Below are positions 1 through 11,687 of a stretch of DNA of 64,000 nucleotides, piece after piece (the first letter of the stretch is position 1; every line of letters starts with the position of its first letter). Under the pieces are notes generated by a model. That model searched no databases. It was not told the DNA's origin and was given only the letters and a program-made list of their open reading frames with translations. The position numbers were made by a program, and so were the translations under genes. This DNA is from Felis catus (lineage: Eukaryota). The stretch is taken from assembly GCF_018350175.1 (NCBI RefSeq), contig NC_058368.1, positions 189,226,001-189,290,000 of the forward strand, in the 5' to 3' direction.

Positions 1-129
1 ATCAATATTTACCTTATGAAACAATGCTGTGGATATGGTCTGTTACCATCCCAGGCATTTGTTTCTCCATATATATACATATATACACATATATATATAT
101 ATATATATATGTCACCGTGGGGCCCATGG

Positions 130-560
130 GAATTAACATCATCTCTAGTTGAAGAGGTAAGCCTTGATTGGCCTAAATCAATTCACATAATCTCATCTAT
201 TGTACATAAAGCTATTGTATCAGGAATGGGCACACAAACTGTTGTTCCAGTCAAACTGAGGACTCTCTTAATGATTAAAGAAAGAGAACTAACTCCCATC
301 TCTCACTGTCCTCACTGCCCTCTACCCCACCCCTGTTGGACATGAATAAGGAAGCATCAGCTATTTTGTGGCCAATAAGTGGGCCAGACCTATGGGAGTA
401 TGGAAAACAAATTGGAGAACAGAAGGAAATCCATTCTTTGGTAATATCAGTAAGCTAGATCAAACCCTACCTGAAACTTCTTGACTTTCAACTACACCCT
501 TTATTTACCAGTTTTAGTTGGATTTTCTATTACTTAGATATGAAAGAATACTAATGTACA
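130..560 (+). mobile_element. Old MaLR solo LTR (MLT1-type), degraded
   Basis: MLT1-like motifs gccttgattggcctaaatcaa and a 3' end ggattttctattacttagatgaaagaatactaat; boundaries approximate. Confidence 0.55.
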
Positions 561-1590
561 CAGCAATGTCTTATTTATTCAACAACTTCAAGAAATAAAT
601 TTCTCACACAAATGTTTCACCTAACTGAATGAAGCTTGACACATTATATATCAAATCTATTTGACTTAAACTGTTTGGGATGGGATTTATTATAAATTAT
701 GTTATACACTTCAGCACCTTAAGAATTATGCTGAATAGAGGATGTGCAAAGTGCTCTTATAATCCTAAATACCTCCTCCATCTTCTTGAAGAACTCCAAC
801 ACTTCTCAAACTATTAACATGTGTTGGGTCATTGTCCACATGCCAAATTTATCTGAATATTGTCCTTTTTTAAAGGCTGCTTTTTGTAGTTTTACAGTTA
901 TAATTCTAGCTTCCAGCTTCCTCTCTTTGTAAAGATTCCCATGCCAGCTTTTAATAACTCTTCCCTTCATGTAATTTTTTGCTTATAAATCTGTTGTAAG
1001 CCAGGAAACCAAATAGCCAAATCTGCTAGAATTGTGTCTCAAATAAGAGAGAAAGGACACTAATAAATGCCTTGGTGGGTTCAGAGAAGCAAGTCTCCTG
1101 TGAACCACAGGTTCTTAATCTTGTGGGAACTCTAGGGTTCCATATAAAAACCTCAGAAGGCCTGCAGAGGGGATAAGGAGTCAATATAGCTGTGGGGTCC
1201 TGGAACCCCCAAACCCTGTTTCGTCTCCACTCTTGTCTCCATTTTGTCCATTTTTCCCTATCATAAAACAGATAATTAGTGTTCTGGAAAATACTTTATG
1301 TGAAAACAAAGGATTCAATTCTTTAAGAACAAAAATGAAAACTGTTCTTCTTTGCCACTTTAAATAACGGGATACCATTTTACCAGTCTACTTGTTCTTC
1401 CCAGGTAAAATATTCTCCACTAGTGATAAACTCTTGGATGTGGAAAATTGTCTGTACAGTTCCAATGATCGCAAGAGATACAAGAATTGCAGTCAGTGCC
1501 TTATCGACTCCAATGGCTCCATTTAGTTTTACAAATGTTGTTTATTCAAATCCTACTTCAACAAACTTCATCTTTGCAAGGTCAATATTC

Positions 1591-2153
1591 TACCATGTTC
1601 CATTAAATCTAAGATGGCATCAATTTTAAGATACTCTATTATCATATGTAGCACTAAGAAAGAAAGAACTGCGATTAGACTGTAAACTACATAGGCCTTT
1701 TATGCATCCCTTCACATGCAACAGCTCTGTGCAGTCTTTGGTCCACTTGTATCTTGCTTTATGCCCCAGAATTTCTCTGACACCACAGTATGGGATGCCT
1801 ACACTTTGTACTGGCATACCTGCAACAAAAGACTTGGACAAGTCATGCCCTATGGGGCCACTGCAACCAACTGCCCACAATATCCTCAGGCAGATGCTGC
1901 AGAGCCAAATTTTATAAGGCTCTCCACAAAAGGTCCAAGATGAATTGCTAGTTGCCTACAGTCATGGCCATTCAATAGTACTGACTTGCATTGACATCCC
2001 CTCCTTCCCTGTTCACACACTCACTGTTGGCCCCAAATTAAACTACCTGCATGAAGGTGCTACAAACAGTCTCAGGCAGGCCCTATGAATAGTAAGACAC
2101 ATCCCAATTTAAGTTGTGAAAATATTTGCATCTTAGAATCCTGAAATATGGTA
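1591..2153. mobile_element. MER104-like Tc1/mariner (Tc2) MITE interrupted by an LTR
   Basis: Degenerate TIRs TAccatgttccattaaatctaagatg (1591) and catcttagaatcctgaaatatggTA (ends 2153) with TA at both ends; internal gcactaagaaagaaa and gtaagacacatcccaattt motifs. Confidence 0.65.
1690..2099 (+). mobile_element. ERVL-type solo LTR (LTR16-like) nested in the MITE
   Basis: 3' part ccctccttccctgtt...ccccaaattaaactacctgca...gtctcaggc...taagaca resembles LTR16-family ends. Confidence 0.55.
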
Positions 2154-2479
2154 ATTTATGAGACTAAGACACAAATTTGTTAAGTAAACAAATTGATAGA
2201 TATCAAAAACAAGCACCTCACTCCAAAATAAATAAATAAATTTAATAAGCCTACAATTTTTTTTTTTTTTTTTTTTGCATATGGTTCTGTTTTAGTGCCT
2301 ACTGCTTTGCATCTCTATCTATAGCCCTGGGCAGTACTCCCTGCTGAGCCCAATAAGGATGCTTTGCTCCTGTAAACTCCTCAGCCAGAGAAGAAAGACT
2401 GAATTATGTTTATTTCACTCACTGCAGAAAGGCAGAAAAGTCCATTAGGGACTCTCACAATATTTCTTCAAACCTACTC

Positions 2480-3590
2480 TTACTGGTTTAATAAATGGCA
2501 CCTCCGTATATCCAGGAGTTCATAGCAGAAACTGGAAATCATCGTTGATAACCTCTTTCCAAGCCATGATACTCAATTCATTAACAAGTTATGTTTAACC
2601 TGTCTCCTTAAAATTTCTCAAATCTGTACACTTTATCTTTGCTGTCACCACCTACCTCTCCTATTCTATGCCACCGTTATGTTTTGCCTGGACATTCATT
2701 GTATCTGAACTGGTCCCCACTTCCACTGTATCTGCTTAAACCCATTTCCCACACTCTTCCTTCCTTCCTTCCTTCCTTCCTTCCTTCCTTCCTTCCCTTC
2801 CCTTCCCTTCCCTTCCCTTCCACTCCCTTCCATCCATCAATCCATCCATCCATCCATCCATCCATCCATCCATCCATCCATCCCATCCATCCAACCTCCA
2901 CCCTTTATCAGGTATTTATTGAAAGTCTATGTGCTAGGCACTGTGTTTTAGGGTTTGAGAATTCAATGTTATATTAAAAAAATATCATCTTTGTTTTCAT
3001 GAAATGTAAGTTTGAAAATCAGATTATTTAAAAAAATCATGAATCTGAACATTTTTTCTCCCTTTCTTTGGTGATATCTAATTGCTCTCCAAATATGGTC
3101 CAAAATCCTTAGCAAGCTTTATAAGGTTCCTCAGGATCAGACCTGTAATCTCAAGTCTTGCTATACCTCCCACACTGACTCTCTTCCCACATGCACACAT
3201 TCTCTGGACTCTAGTTACACTGGCTTTCTATCAGATCCAATGGCACCAAACCCCTTCCTATCTCAGGTCATTATACTTCCTCCTCTCCCCCTGGAATATT
3301 CTTCCCTTTCCCTAGTTGACTTTCCCTAGTTAACTCTAATTCCCTTCATTGAGAAAGTCTTCCATGAAAAGTATACTAGGCTGAATCTCACTCTTGAGAT
3401 TTTACTACATGTGATTGCACTCATTAAATATTTAATAAAAGAATAATTTTTAAAATGTAATGTTATGTTCTTTTTTAGGCTGTAAGCCTATGGATAGCAG
3501 GGCCTTGCCCTTTATTGTATTTCCAATGATTAGATCAGGGCTTTTCATATAGAAAATACTCCAAAATACTTGTTAAATGAGTTTTAGGAA
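2480..3590. mobile_element. L2 LINE fragments flanking a compound microsatellite
   Basis: L2 motifs taaatggcacctcc, tatttattgaaagtctatgtgctaggcactgt and tactccaaaatacttgttaaatga. Confidence 0.6.
2757..2892. repeat. Compound microsatellite (TTCC)n-(TTCCC)n-(CCAT)n
   Basis: Directly visible. Confidence 0.95.
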
Positions 3591-3738
3591 GGCCTTCAGG
3601 ATACTGAAGTAAAAAGAATATCAGACAATGATTCAGGATGCCAAGGATATACCCCTTTATCCTTACCTTTGTGGGCTACATTTCTTTCACTTGCAAAATA
3701 AGTGGATGCCTGCAAAGACCTACACTCTTTAGATTTTT

Positions 3739-3954
3739 GGGGGGCACCTGGGCAGCTCAGTAGGTTAAGTGTCTGACTTCGGCTCAGGTCATGATCTCAC
3801 AGTTCGTGAGGTCAAGCCTCACTTTGGACTGTGTGCTGGCAGCTGAGAGCCTGGGGCCTGCTTTGGTTTCTGTGTCTCCCTCTCTCTGCCCCTCTCCCTC
3901 TAGTGCTCTGTCTGTCTCTTTCTCAAAAATAAATAAACATTAAAAAAATAAATG
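3739..3954 (+). mobile_element. CanSINE (feline SINEC)
   Basis: ggggcacctgggcagctcag head, CT-rich region and A-tail; TSD ctttagattttt at 3727-3738 and 3955-3966. Confidence 0.95.
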
Positions 3955-4887
3955 CTTTAGATTTTTAAGTTTCAATGTCTGTAACATAGAGGATTTAGCA
4001 ATTTAAGGATTGAACCTCCAAATTCTGATTTTTCATGGCTACCTGAATTTCAAGCATTCTGGCATATCATAGCCCTCCCCTTAAAATGTACCTGATGTAT
4101 TTTAGAGAACCCAAATTGAAAATATTTAATGTACAAATAGAGTCTTGCTTTAACTGTGGTGACACGTCAACAAATATATAATCAGTTGAAAAATATACCT
4201 GGGCAAATAAAACCAAAGTTTTATGGCAGATTCTGAAAAGTAGCTTGGAAGAAATACAGTACAAAATTTTTAAGATCATCCCTAAGTTATATTATAGAAT
4301 TCCAAATCATTCGATTTCAGATTTTTTATAACATATTTTCTTTTAATAACTTGAGCTAACAATTTATTGAACAATTGCTATGTTCCACTAAAATACTCTA
4401 TTCAATATAAATATGGTGACAGTAACTTTGCTTTGTTAGTGTTTCATGATGCATATTTTTACCATCTGTTTATTTGCAACCCAGCTGCAATTTTACATTT
4501 AACTTATATCTCCTATAAATGGCATATAGTTAAGGTTTTGCCAAACATTCAATTTTTAAGGAGTGTTTAATTCATTTACCTGGATTGTAATAACTGACAC
4601 TCACTGGCTTTTCATTTCTCTGTTTCACATACATCCTTTATTTCTTTACTCTGCTTTCCTGCCTCTTTTGGGTTCCTCAAGTGTTTTATTTAATATATTC
4701 TCCTCTATTAGCTTTCTAGATATATATTCTTGTAATTTTTTTTAGCTATTATCCTACAAGTTTAAATATGCAACCCTGACTTTAAAAGTCTATGTTAATA
4801 TTTTTACCACCTCCTAAATAACAAAAGAAACATTTCAGCTTTATAACTGTTTTTTACTCTTCTATCCTTTGTGCTATTGTTAACCTA

Positions 4888-4890
4888 TTT

Positions 4891-4971
<81 letters not shown>

Positions 4972-4972
4972 T
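4888..4972. repeat. (TTTC)n tetranucleotide microsatellite
   Basis: Directly visible. Confidence 0.95.
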
Positions 4973-5440
4973 GTGATGTTGCAAACTCCACAGGACTGTT
5001 TCATTACTGCTTTAGACAGTTAATATCTGTTTACATTCACTCATCTATTTACCTTATCTGGTATTTTTTTATTTCTTCCTGCTTCCATTAGGAATCATTT
5101 TCCTTCAGCCTGAAGAATTTCCTACAGTATTTCTTGGAATGGCTATTTGCTTGAATGGGATTCATTAATTCTCTCATATTCGGTTTGTCTAAAAAGGTCT
5201 TTCTCATACTGTTGAAGAATATTTTTGTTGGGTATAGAGCTACAGATTGGCAATTTTTTACCCCTCTTATTACTTTGATGGTGTGATTTCATTGTCTTCA
5301 GACTCCAATAATTTATAATTACAAGTTAGTTATTAGTCTTATTGTTTCTTCTTTGAACGTAATGTGTCTTTTTTTTTCTGACTGTTAAGACTTTTTCATT
5401 GTCTTTTAATTTTTAATAGCTTAAATAAAATGTGACTATG

Positions 5441-5686
5441 GGGGCACCTGGGTGGCTCAGTCGGTTAAGTGTTCGACTTCGGCTCAGATCATGATCTCAT
5501 GTCTAGTGGGTTTAAGCCACTGTGCTTACAGCTCTGTGCTGACAGCTCTGTGCTGACAGCTCAGAGCCTGGAGCCTGCTTCGGATTCTATGTCTCCCTCT
5601 CTCTGCCCCTCCCCACCTCATGCTGTGTGTGTGTGTGTGTGTGTGTGTATGTCTCAAAAATAAATAAATATTTAAAAAATTTTTTT
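5441..5686 (+). mobile_element. CanSINE with internal 14-bp triplication and (TG)n
   Basis: SINEC head; TSD aatgtgactatg at 5429-5440 and 5687-5698. Confidence 0.95.
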
Positions 5687-7189
5687 AATGTGACTATGTA
5701 GTTCATTCTGCTTTTATATATCGTTGAAGTTTACTGGGTTTCTTGAACCTGTGGGATAATGGTTTTTATAAATTTTAGAAATTCTTGACCATTATCTATT
5801 CAAACATTTTCTTCTGTCTCATCTCCTTCTGCAACTCTAACTACAGGTTTTATACTTTTTGATTTTTTTCATATTCCTCTTGTTCATTCTATTCTTTTTT
5901 TCTCTTTATGCTTTAATTTGGATATTTTCCACTGACCAGTTGTGAATTTACTAATCATATCCTCTGCCATCCTAGACAGCTGTTTGAATATTTGTGTTTT
6001 GTAGTTCTAGGATGTCCACTTGATTCTTTTTCTCTACTATCATTATTAGTTAAAATTCTAAAATTTCTCATGTTTTATCTATTTTGTCAATTTTCCCCAC
6101 TATTTTCCATAGCATGTTAATTATAGTAATTTTAAACTCCTTATACATACACTCCAATACCTACATTTCTGCAGGTCTGTTTCTACCCTTTTTTTTTTCT
6201 TGATTATTGCTCACATTTTCCTGCTCCTTTTGTGTCCAAGGATTCTATACTGAACATCGACATAAAAGAACCATAGGATCTCCATATAATACTCTCTACC
6301 AGTCGGAGTTTCTCCTTTCCTCTGTTACACAGTGAGGAGCTGATCATTATAATCCTATCAAGGATTGGTTGAGTTGTAATTGGATTTCAGTTTTAGTAAG
6401 ATTTACTCCATCCTGGTTCTTAAGCATGGCCCTGACAAGCTTTTGATTGTCTCAATTTCCTCAACTTTTAAAGTGTAACCTTTGCATATTTTGAATTTAG
6501 TTCTTTAGCCCCAGACTTTATGCAAGTTAAATATTTGGCAAATGTCTTAAGGAGGAGATTGGTTGTGTATTTAGGCTCCATCACTCCACTTGGACTTTTT
6601 TCTCTAAACACTTAGTGGTGACCAATTCATTCTGGAACTCTCTTGGTTTTAATACTTAAAGGTTCACATTTTGGGAGCCCCCTGAGTCCCAGAAAAACTA
6701 AGACAACAGGCCACACTTACACATACTGCAAGAGTGTGGGAACTTCCACTTTTCCTTTCTCACCCAGGCACTCCTGGGTCTCCTAAACCCTCTTAGAACT
6801 CAGCAAAGTTCCCTTATGTTTGGGACTCTTCTATTTTCCAGTTTATCATGCCAGCTCTAGACTGCCAAAACCTCTGCTGATTTATCTTTCCTCCATAAAA
6901 TCCCTCAATTTGATTAAAGTCCAATCCTGAGGCCAATCCTAGAATTTGCAAATGTCTCCAATTAAGAAAACTACCAGAGACTATTCAATTTCCTATTTAG
7001 GGATCTTCCTTCTCTGAAACTTTAGTTTAGTTCCCATTACTTTGTTCCTATAGCTCTCTTTTGTTTTTAAAAGTTTATTTTTGTAATTTATCATTTTTCC
7101 TGGTTATTACAATGGAAGTATTTGCCTGCCATACCCTATTATGGCCAACCTTGAAGCAGGAATCCATAGATTATGCCTCTTAATATGTA

Positions 7190-7460
7190 AACTTGTGGTG
7201 CTGTTATTATCTCTGCTTTATAAACAGATCAGGGAAGTTAAATGACTTTCACAGGTTCATATAGCTTGTAAGAGTCTATCCAGAATCCAAACTAAGATGG
7301 CAAAGCTCCAGTGTTTTTATTCTATAAATTACAATAATACCATTTTAAAAACTAGGAAACCGAGGTTTAAAAAACTTAAACTTATTTTCCCAAGGCCTCA
7401 GAGAAAGTTTGAGACAGAGCCAGGATTAAACCTCAGAGCACCTGACTCTTGGTCCAGAGC
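7190..7460 (-). mobile_element. MIR fragments
   Basis: gaagttaaatgactttcacagg, ggaaaccgagg and cctgactcttggtccagagctc motifs. Confidence 0.6.
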
Positions 7461-8830
7461 TCATTTCGGAGCCACATAAGAGGACATCGAGACATAAAGA
7501 AACTGGTACTGTTCTAGATATCGGTATTATACAAAGGAAAAATACATGCAGTGAAATTCATACATCATTAATTTCCATCTTTTATGTGCAGAACTTCACT
7601 CATTTATACTGTGTACACACTGTCACATTTTATCCAAGGGTTGATATCACCTAAAAATAACTTCAACAAAAATTCTGTTAAAAATGTATGGTTTTTTTTG
7701 AGAAATGTCAATAAATAAAATATAGTTTTCAAATACGCTAGCTGCAATGGCTTTTTAACAAGTTGAGTTGCTTTTCCTCACAAAAAAACACAGGGGAGGT
7801 GGAGCTCTTCTAAGGGAAGTTACTAAGAATGCTGATTTGAAATCGTGGTAGGAAGTAGGGGAGAATCTAAAGGTATTCTTTAAGAGTCTTATTTCTTTCA
7901 ATTAGGCCTGTCTGGTTCCTTTCCTGAGAGTCTCTTTCTCCCTCCAATAAAAGAAATATCACCATAGTGACTGAGGAAATGACTCCCTTTTTGTGGAGGT
8001 AGAGAAAGACGATGTCAGAATGATGGAATTTAAATAAGAACAGAAAATAGTCACTTGCTTCCAAACATCTCTCCTGTTTTGGCTTGTTATGTTCTCTGAA
8101 GAGTCCACTATTAGGGCTTCTCCTTTAGACTAATGCCCAATATTGGTAAAGTTCCTGTTTAAATGGAAATATTTCCTAGAGTGGGTACATGAATAGGAAT
8201 TTACTACACAGCATAAGGTAAGCTAAGGAGTCCTAGGGAGGAGATCCTGATGAACCAAAGGACAGTGTTGCCAACCAAGGCAATATTAGGATCCTAAAGA
8301 GCAAGGGTAACTGATTCTTCCTCCCACTCCTTCCCAGCATCCATTGCCCTAGTGTGATCCCCAGAGAAACCCTTAGCCTCAGATAACTCCTCTATATGAT
8401 TTATAGTCCATAGACCCAGGAATTGCAGGAGTATCTCACAATAGTTGTTTAGATTAGCCATAACCATGCACTGTGTTAGGAGCTCAAGGCTGGGATATGA
8501 TAAGGCCACCTCATTAGTGATACAAATTCACATTTGGCCATCTATTCATTTCTTCAACAAGTTTCTATGGAATACCAATCACATGGCAGGCATTGCTTTA
8601 GGGGCTTAGAATATAGTGATGAAAATGACAGGCATGAGTAATTTCCAGAAGCTCCAATAACTAGGAATGGTAGAGAATTACATGCTGGCCAGAAAAAAAA
8701 ATACATATAAACAAACAAAATATTATAAACAAAACAAACATATCTACTAGCATCCAATCTGTCACAGATATTCTCTGAATTCTAAGATATCCTCAGACCA
8801 TATCTAAAGTCTCAGCAGAGAAGTGAACAG

Positions 8831-9041
8831 TGCAGAGCACCTGGGTGGCTCAGTTGGTTAAGCATCTGACTCTTGATTTTGGCTCAGGTCATGATCTCAT
8901 GGTTTGTGAGTTTGAGCCCCACATCGGGCTCTGTGCTGACAGCATAGAGCCTGCTTGGGATTCTGTCTCCCTCTCTCTTTGCCCCTCCCCTGCTTGTTCT
9001 CTATATCTCTCTAAAAATAAAAAGTAAAATAAACTTTAAAA
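8831..9041 (+). mobile_element. CanSINE (older subfamily)
   Basis: gcacctgggtggctcagttggttaagcatctgactcttgattttggctcagg; TSD aagtgaacag at 8821-8830 and 9042-9051. Confidence 0.95.
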
Positions 9042-10039
9042 AAGTGAACAGCACCTTGCATGCCTAAGGAAGGAAGGCTATTAGCATTCATCCAAATCAC
9101 TGTGTTAAAATGTCCATTTCTCCAAGGAAGCCCCAACTACCTCAGCCGCTGTATTCAGACAGCAGAAACCTGGCTGCCTAATCATAGGTGTGTGCCATTC
9201 AGTCTCTATCTTAACATGATTCCATAACATGGTTCCAATGCAGTTCTCATTAGTAAGTAAAAAGAAAAGGGTGGGGGGACAATACACAGGGATGAGGAAG
9301 TTGCAGGCGTTCTAGAGAAGAAAGATAATGTAAGCAACTGAGGCAGAACAGTGTGTAGTACTTAATGAACTATTGGGCATTCAGAAGCCACTGTGACCTT
9401 TGAGAAAATTCACCAAATTTCTAATCTTCAGAGATATGCAATATACTGACTTCCTTTCACAAGAAATCTATAAAAGTCAAGACGGTCTCCAAACTCATAA
9501 CAGAAGGGACCCTTTCTCCTTGCTGGTTACTTCTCATGGGAACTAACCAGTCACCATTAGAGATCAGCTCCAGCATGTGCTTCCACATTACTATGACCAC
9601 TAGGAGGTGGTGAATTTCGTTTTCTTCTGTTCTTGTGCCTTCTGAGTGTGCATCTCCATTTGTGTAGAGAGACTGAGTGGTAAATATCAAGTCCTTGACT
9701 TTCTCAGACCTATGGGGCTAGTGTAGAAAAAATAAAAGGGCTCTCAATAGTTTTATGCTCCTTTCTTAAGCTGACCGTTCTTTTCTGTTTGGAGTTCTAT
9801 TGCCTGGTGTACAGAGAAGTAATAAAACATGGCAGAGCACAGTACAAGGTTAAGATATCATACATCCACATTGGTGTGTATTTTGAAATGGTTCCATGAG
9901 ACTCAGAATTAGCCTCAAACTTCAAACCTGAGTTCCCTGCTCTTTTGCTGCAGCTTAAATTATCACCCTCGCATTTTGTAAACAGACTCAATTTTCCCTA
10001 GGAATATACACAAAGTGTGGCAGTTTATACTACAGTGCC

Positions 10040-10260
10040 CAGCATCAAACTGTTTCAGCTAAAGTCCTAGCTTAAGAATTTACTAAGTGTGTGATCTTGG
10101 GGAAATCACTTCCCATAGTATGTCTCAGTTTCTTCATCTATAAAATGGAAACCAGTAATAATCCCTATCGCATACAATTGCTTTAAAGATTAAATGGGAA
10201 TGAGCTTTAAAACTCTTTTCACAGAGCCTAGCAAATAGTAAATACTAAGGCATGTTTGTG
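10040..10260 (+). mobile_element. MIR
   Basis: tgtgatcttggggaaatcactt...ctcagtttcttcatctataaaatgg core. Confidence 0.8.
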
Positions 10261-11256
10261 GCTATATTTATATATGTACCTATGCGTATACAGAGCTATA
10301 TTCTGCATAAGTGAAGCTCAAGAATTTTGATCAAGAACTTGAGTCATAACACGTACACACAAGTATGTGTGCATATATGTGCATGTGTGTAGGAATAGAA
10401 ACATACATATATTTTTTTAACTCAAGTACTCAACTTCATTCCTTACCCAACATTATGACATGTTTACCATGCCTCACCACTATGCACCAAGCACAGCATG
10501 GCCCTAGGGAAAGTTAAACCACTGGCATCTCAGTCAAGGAAAGCCAGGTGAACTTGGATGGAACAAGTTTATGAATTTCTCTTCTGCTTCTAAATCTCTG
10601 AGTCTTTTGCCCATTGGGTTATCCCTTATTTTATCTAATTTATTTAATTTGCCCCTACCTGGGGCATTTCTTTCTTTCTTCCAGAACGTGTTGTGGTATC
10701 ACCTTTAATGATAACACATTCTTTCCTGCTGATTCTCCATATACCCTCTCTATATGTAGCATCCAATCATACATTCCTATTAAGAACCCTCCCACAAGTC
10801 CATTGGGATCCTGTGTCTGCTAAGTCTCTGGAAAAATGGACCCCAGTGGGCTCTCAGCTTTGCCCGAGCTCTGTTCTCCTCCACATTCCTTTTGCTTCCT
10901 CCCTTGGTGTTCTTCCCACAGTATCCCAGGCCTCTCTCCATGTGTACATCTGTCATCAACTTGTTTGGTCTTACAATTGTTCTGTCTTCCCAGTAAACTT
11001 GTGGCTCATTATAAAATTAGCATTTCCTAAACCCACAAGCATGAATGTCCATGTGAACACCCACATATTCATACACACACAGAACTTTATTTTAGAAGCC
11101 AACTGGATACAGAATACTTTAAACAAGGAAAGAATCACAAACTGTTTGTTTCTTCTTTGTGTGCTGTAAGATCCACACATAGGTGAAGCCAAATCAGAAA
11201 GTGGTGACTTTAACATTCACTTTGATCATAGACTCCTTTAAGAATATTATGAAATT

Positions 11257-11479
11257 TGGGGTGCCTGGCTGGCGCAGTTGGTTAAGCGTCTGACTTCAGC
11301 CAGGTCACGATCTCGCAGTCCGTGAGCTCGAGCCCCGCGTCAGGCTCTGGGCTGATGGCTCAGAGGCTGGAGCCTGTTTCCGATTCTGTGTCTCCCTCTC
11401 TCTCTGCCCCTCCCCCGTTCATGCTCTGTCTCTCTCTGTCCCAAAAATAAATAAACGTTGAAAAAAAATTAAAAAAAAA
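11257..11479 (+). mobile_element. Young feline CanSINE (SINEC_Fc-like)
   Basis: cttcagccaggtcacgatctcgc and gggctgatggctc motifs, CpGs retained, long A-tail; 17-bp TSD aagaatattatgaaatt at 11240-11256 and 11480-11496. Confidence 0.97.
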
Positions 11480-11641
11480 AAGAATATTATGAAATTCATG
11501 AACCCTTGTCTTCAGAAAAATGCACATATGTGTGAGACTTTGTATATAATTTCAGTGGAGGTGGGTGAGTTTAGGTCTCATATGTCTTTGGACCCCAGAT
11601 TAATAATCTCCGCTATAAAAGGATGCATTAGGTGCTATAGC

Positions 11642-11655
11642 AAATAAATAAATAA

Positions 11656-11686
<31 letters not shown>
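11642..11686. repeat. (AAAT)n microsatellite at the edge of an antisense MIR (to about 11870)
   Basis: Directly visible; followed by ccatttattgag and aaagaaactagggctcaaaga. Confidence 0.85.

Positions 11687-11687
<1 letters not shown>

Larger units (their letters stand above)
4340..7130 (-). mobile_element. Old degraded L1 (L1M-type), antisense, interrupted by (TTTC)n and a SINE
   Basis: Long T-rich + strand with antisense-L1 motifs (ttccttcagcctgaagaatttcc, gaagaatatttttgttgggtataga, aaattcttgaccattatctattcaaacatt); no intact ORF. Confidence 0.7.

Noticed and set aside
1250..1590. Protein-like minus-strand frame (…GAIGVDKALTAILVSLAIIGTVQTIF…), a possible processed pseudogene fragment
   Set aside because: It contains stops, I recognise no parent gene, and there is no poly-A or TSD; a tblastx hit would be needed.
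10693..11169. Longest ORF in the track (158 aa)
   Set aside because: Non-ATG start, no recognisable domain, and a length expected by chance in 64 kb.
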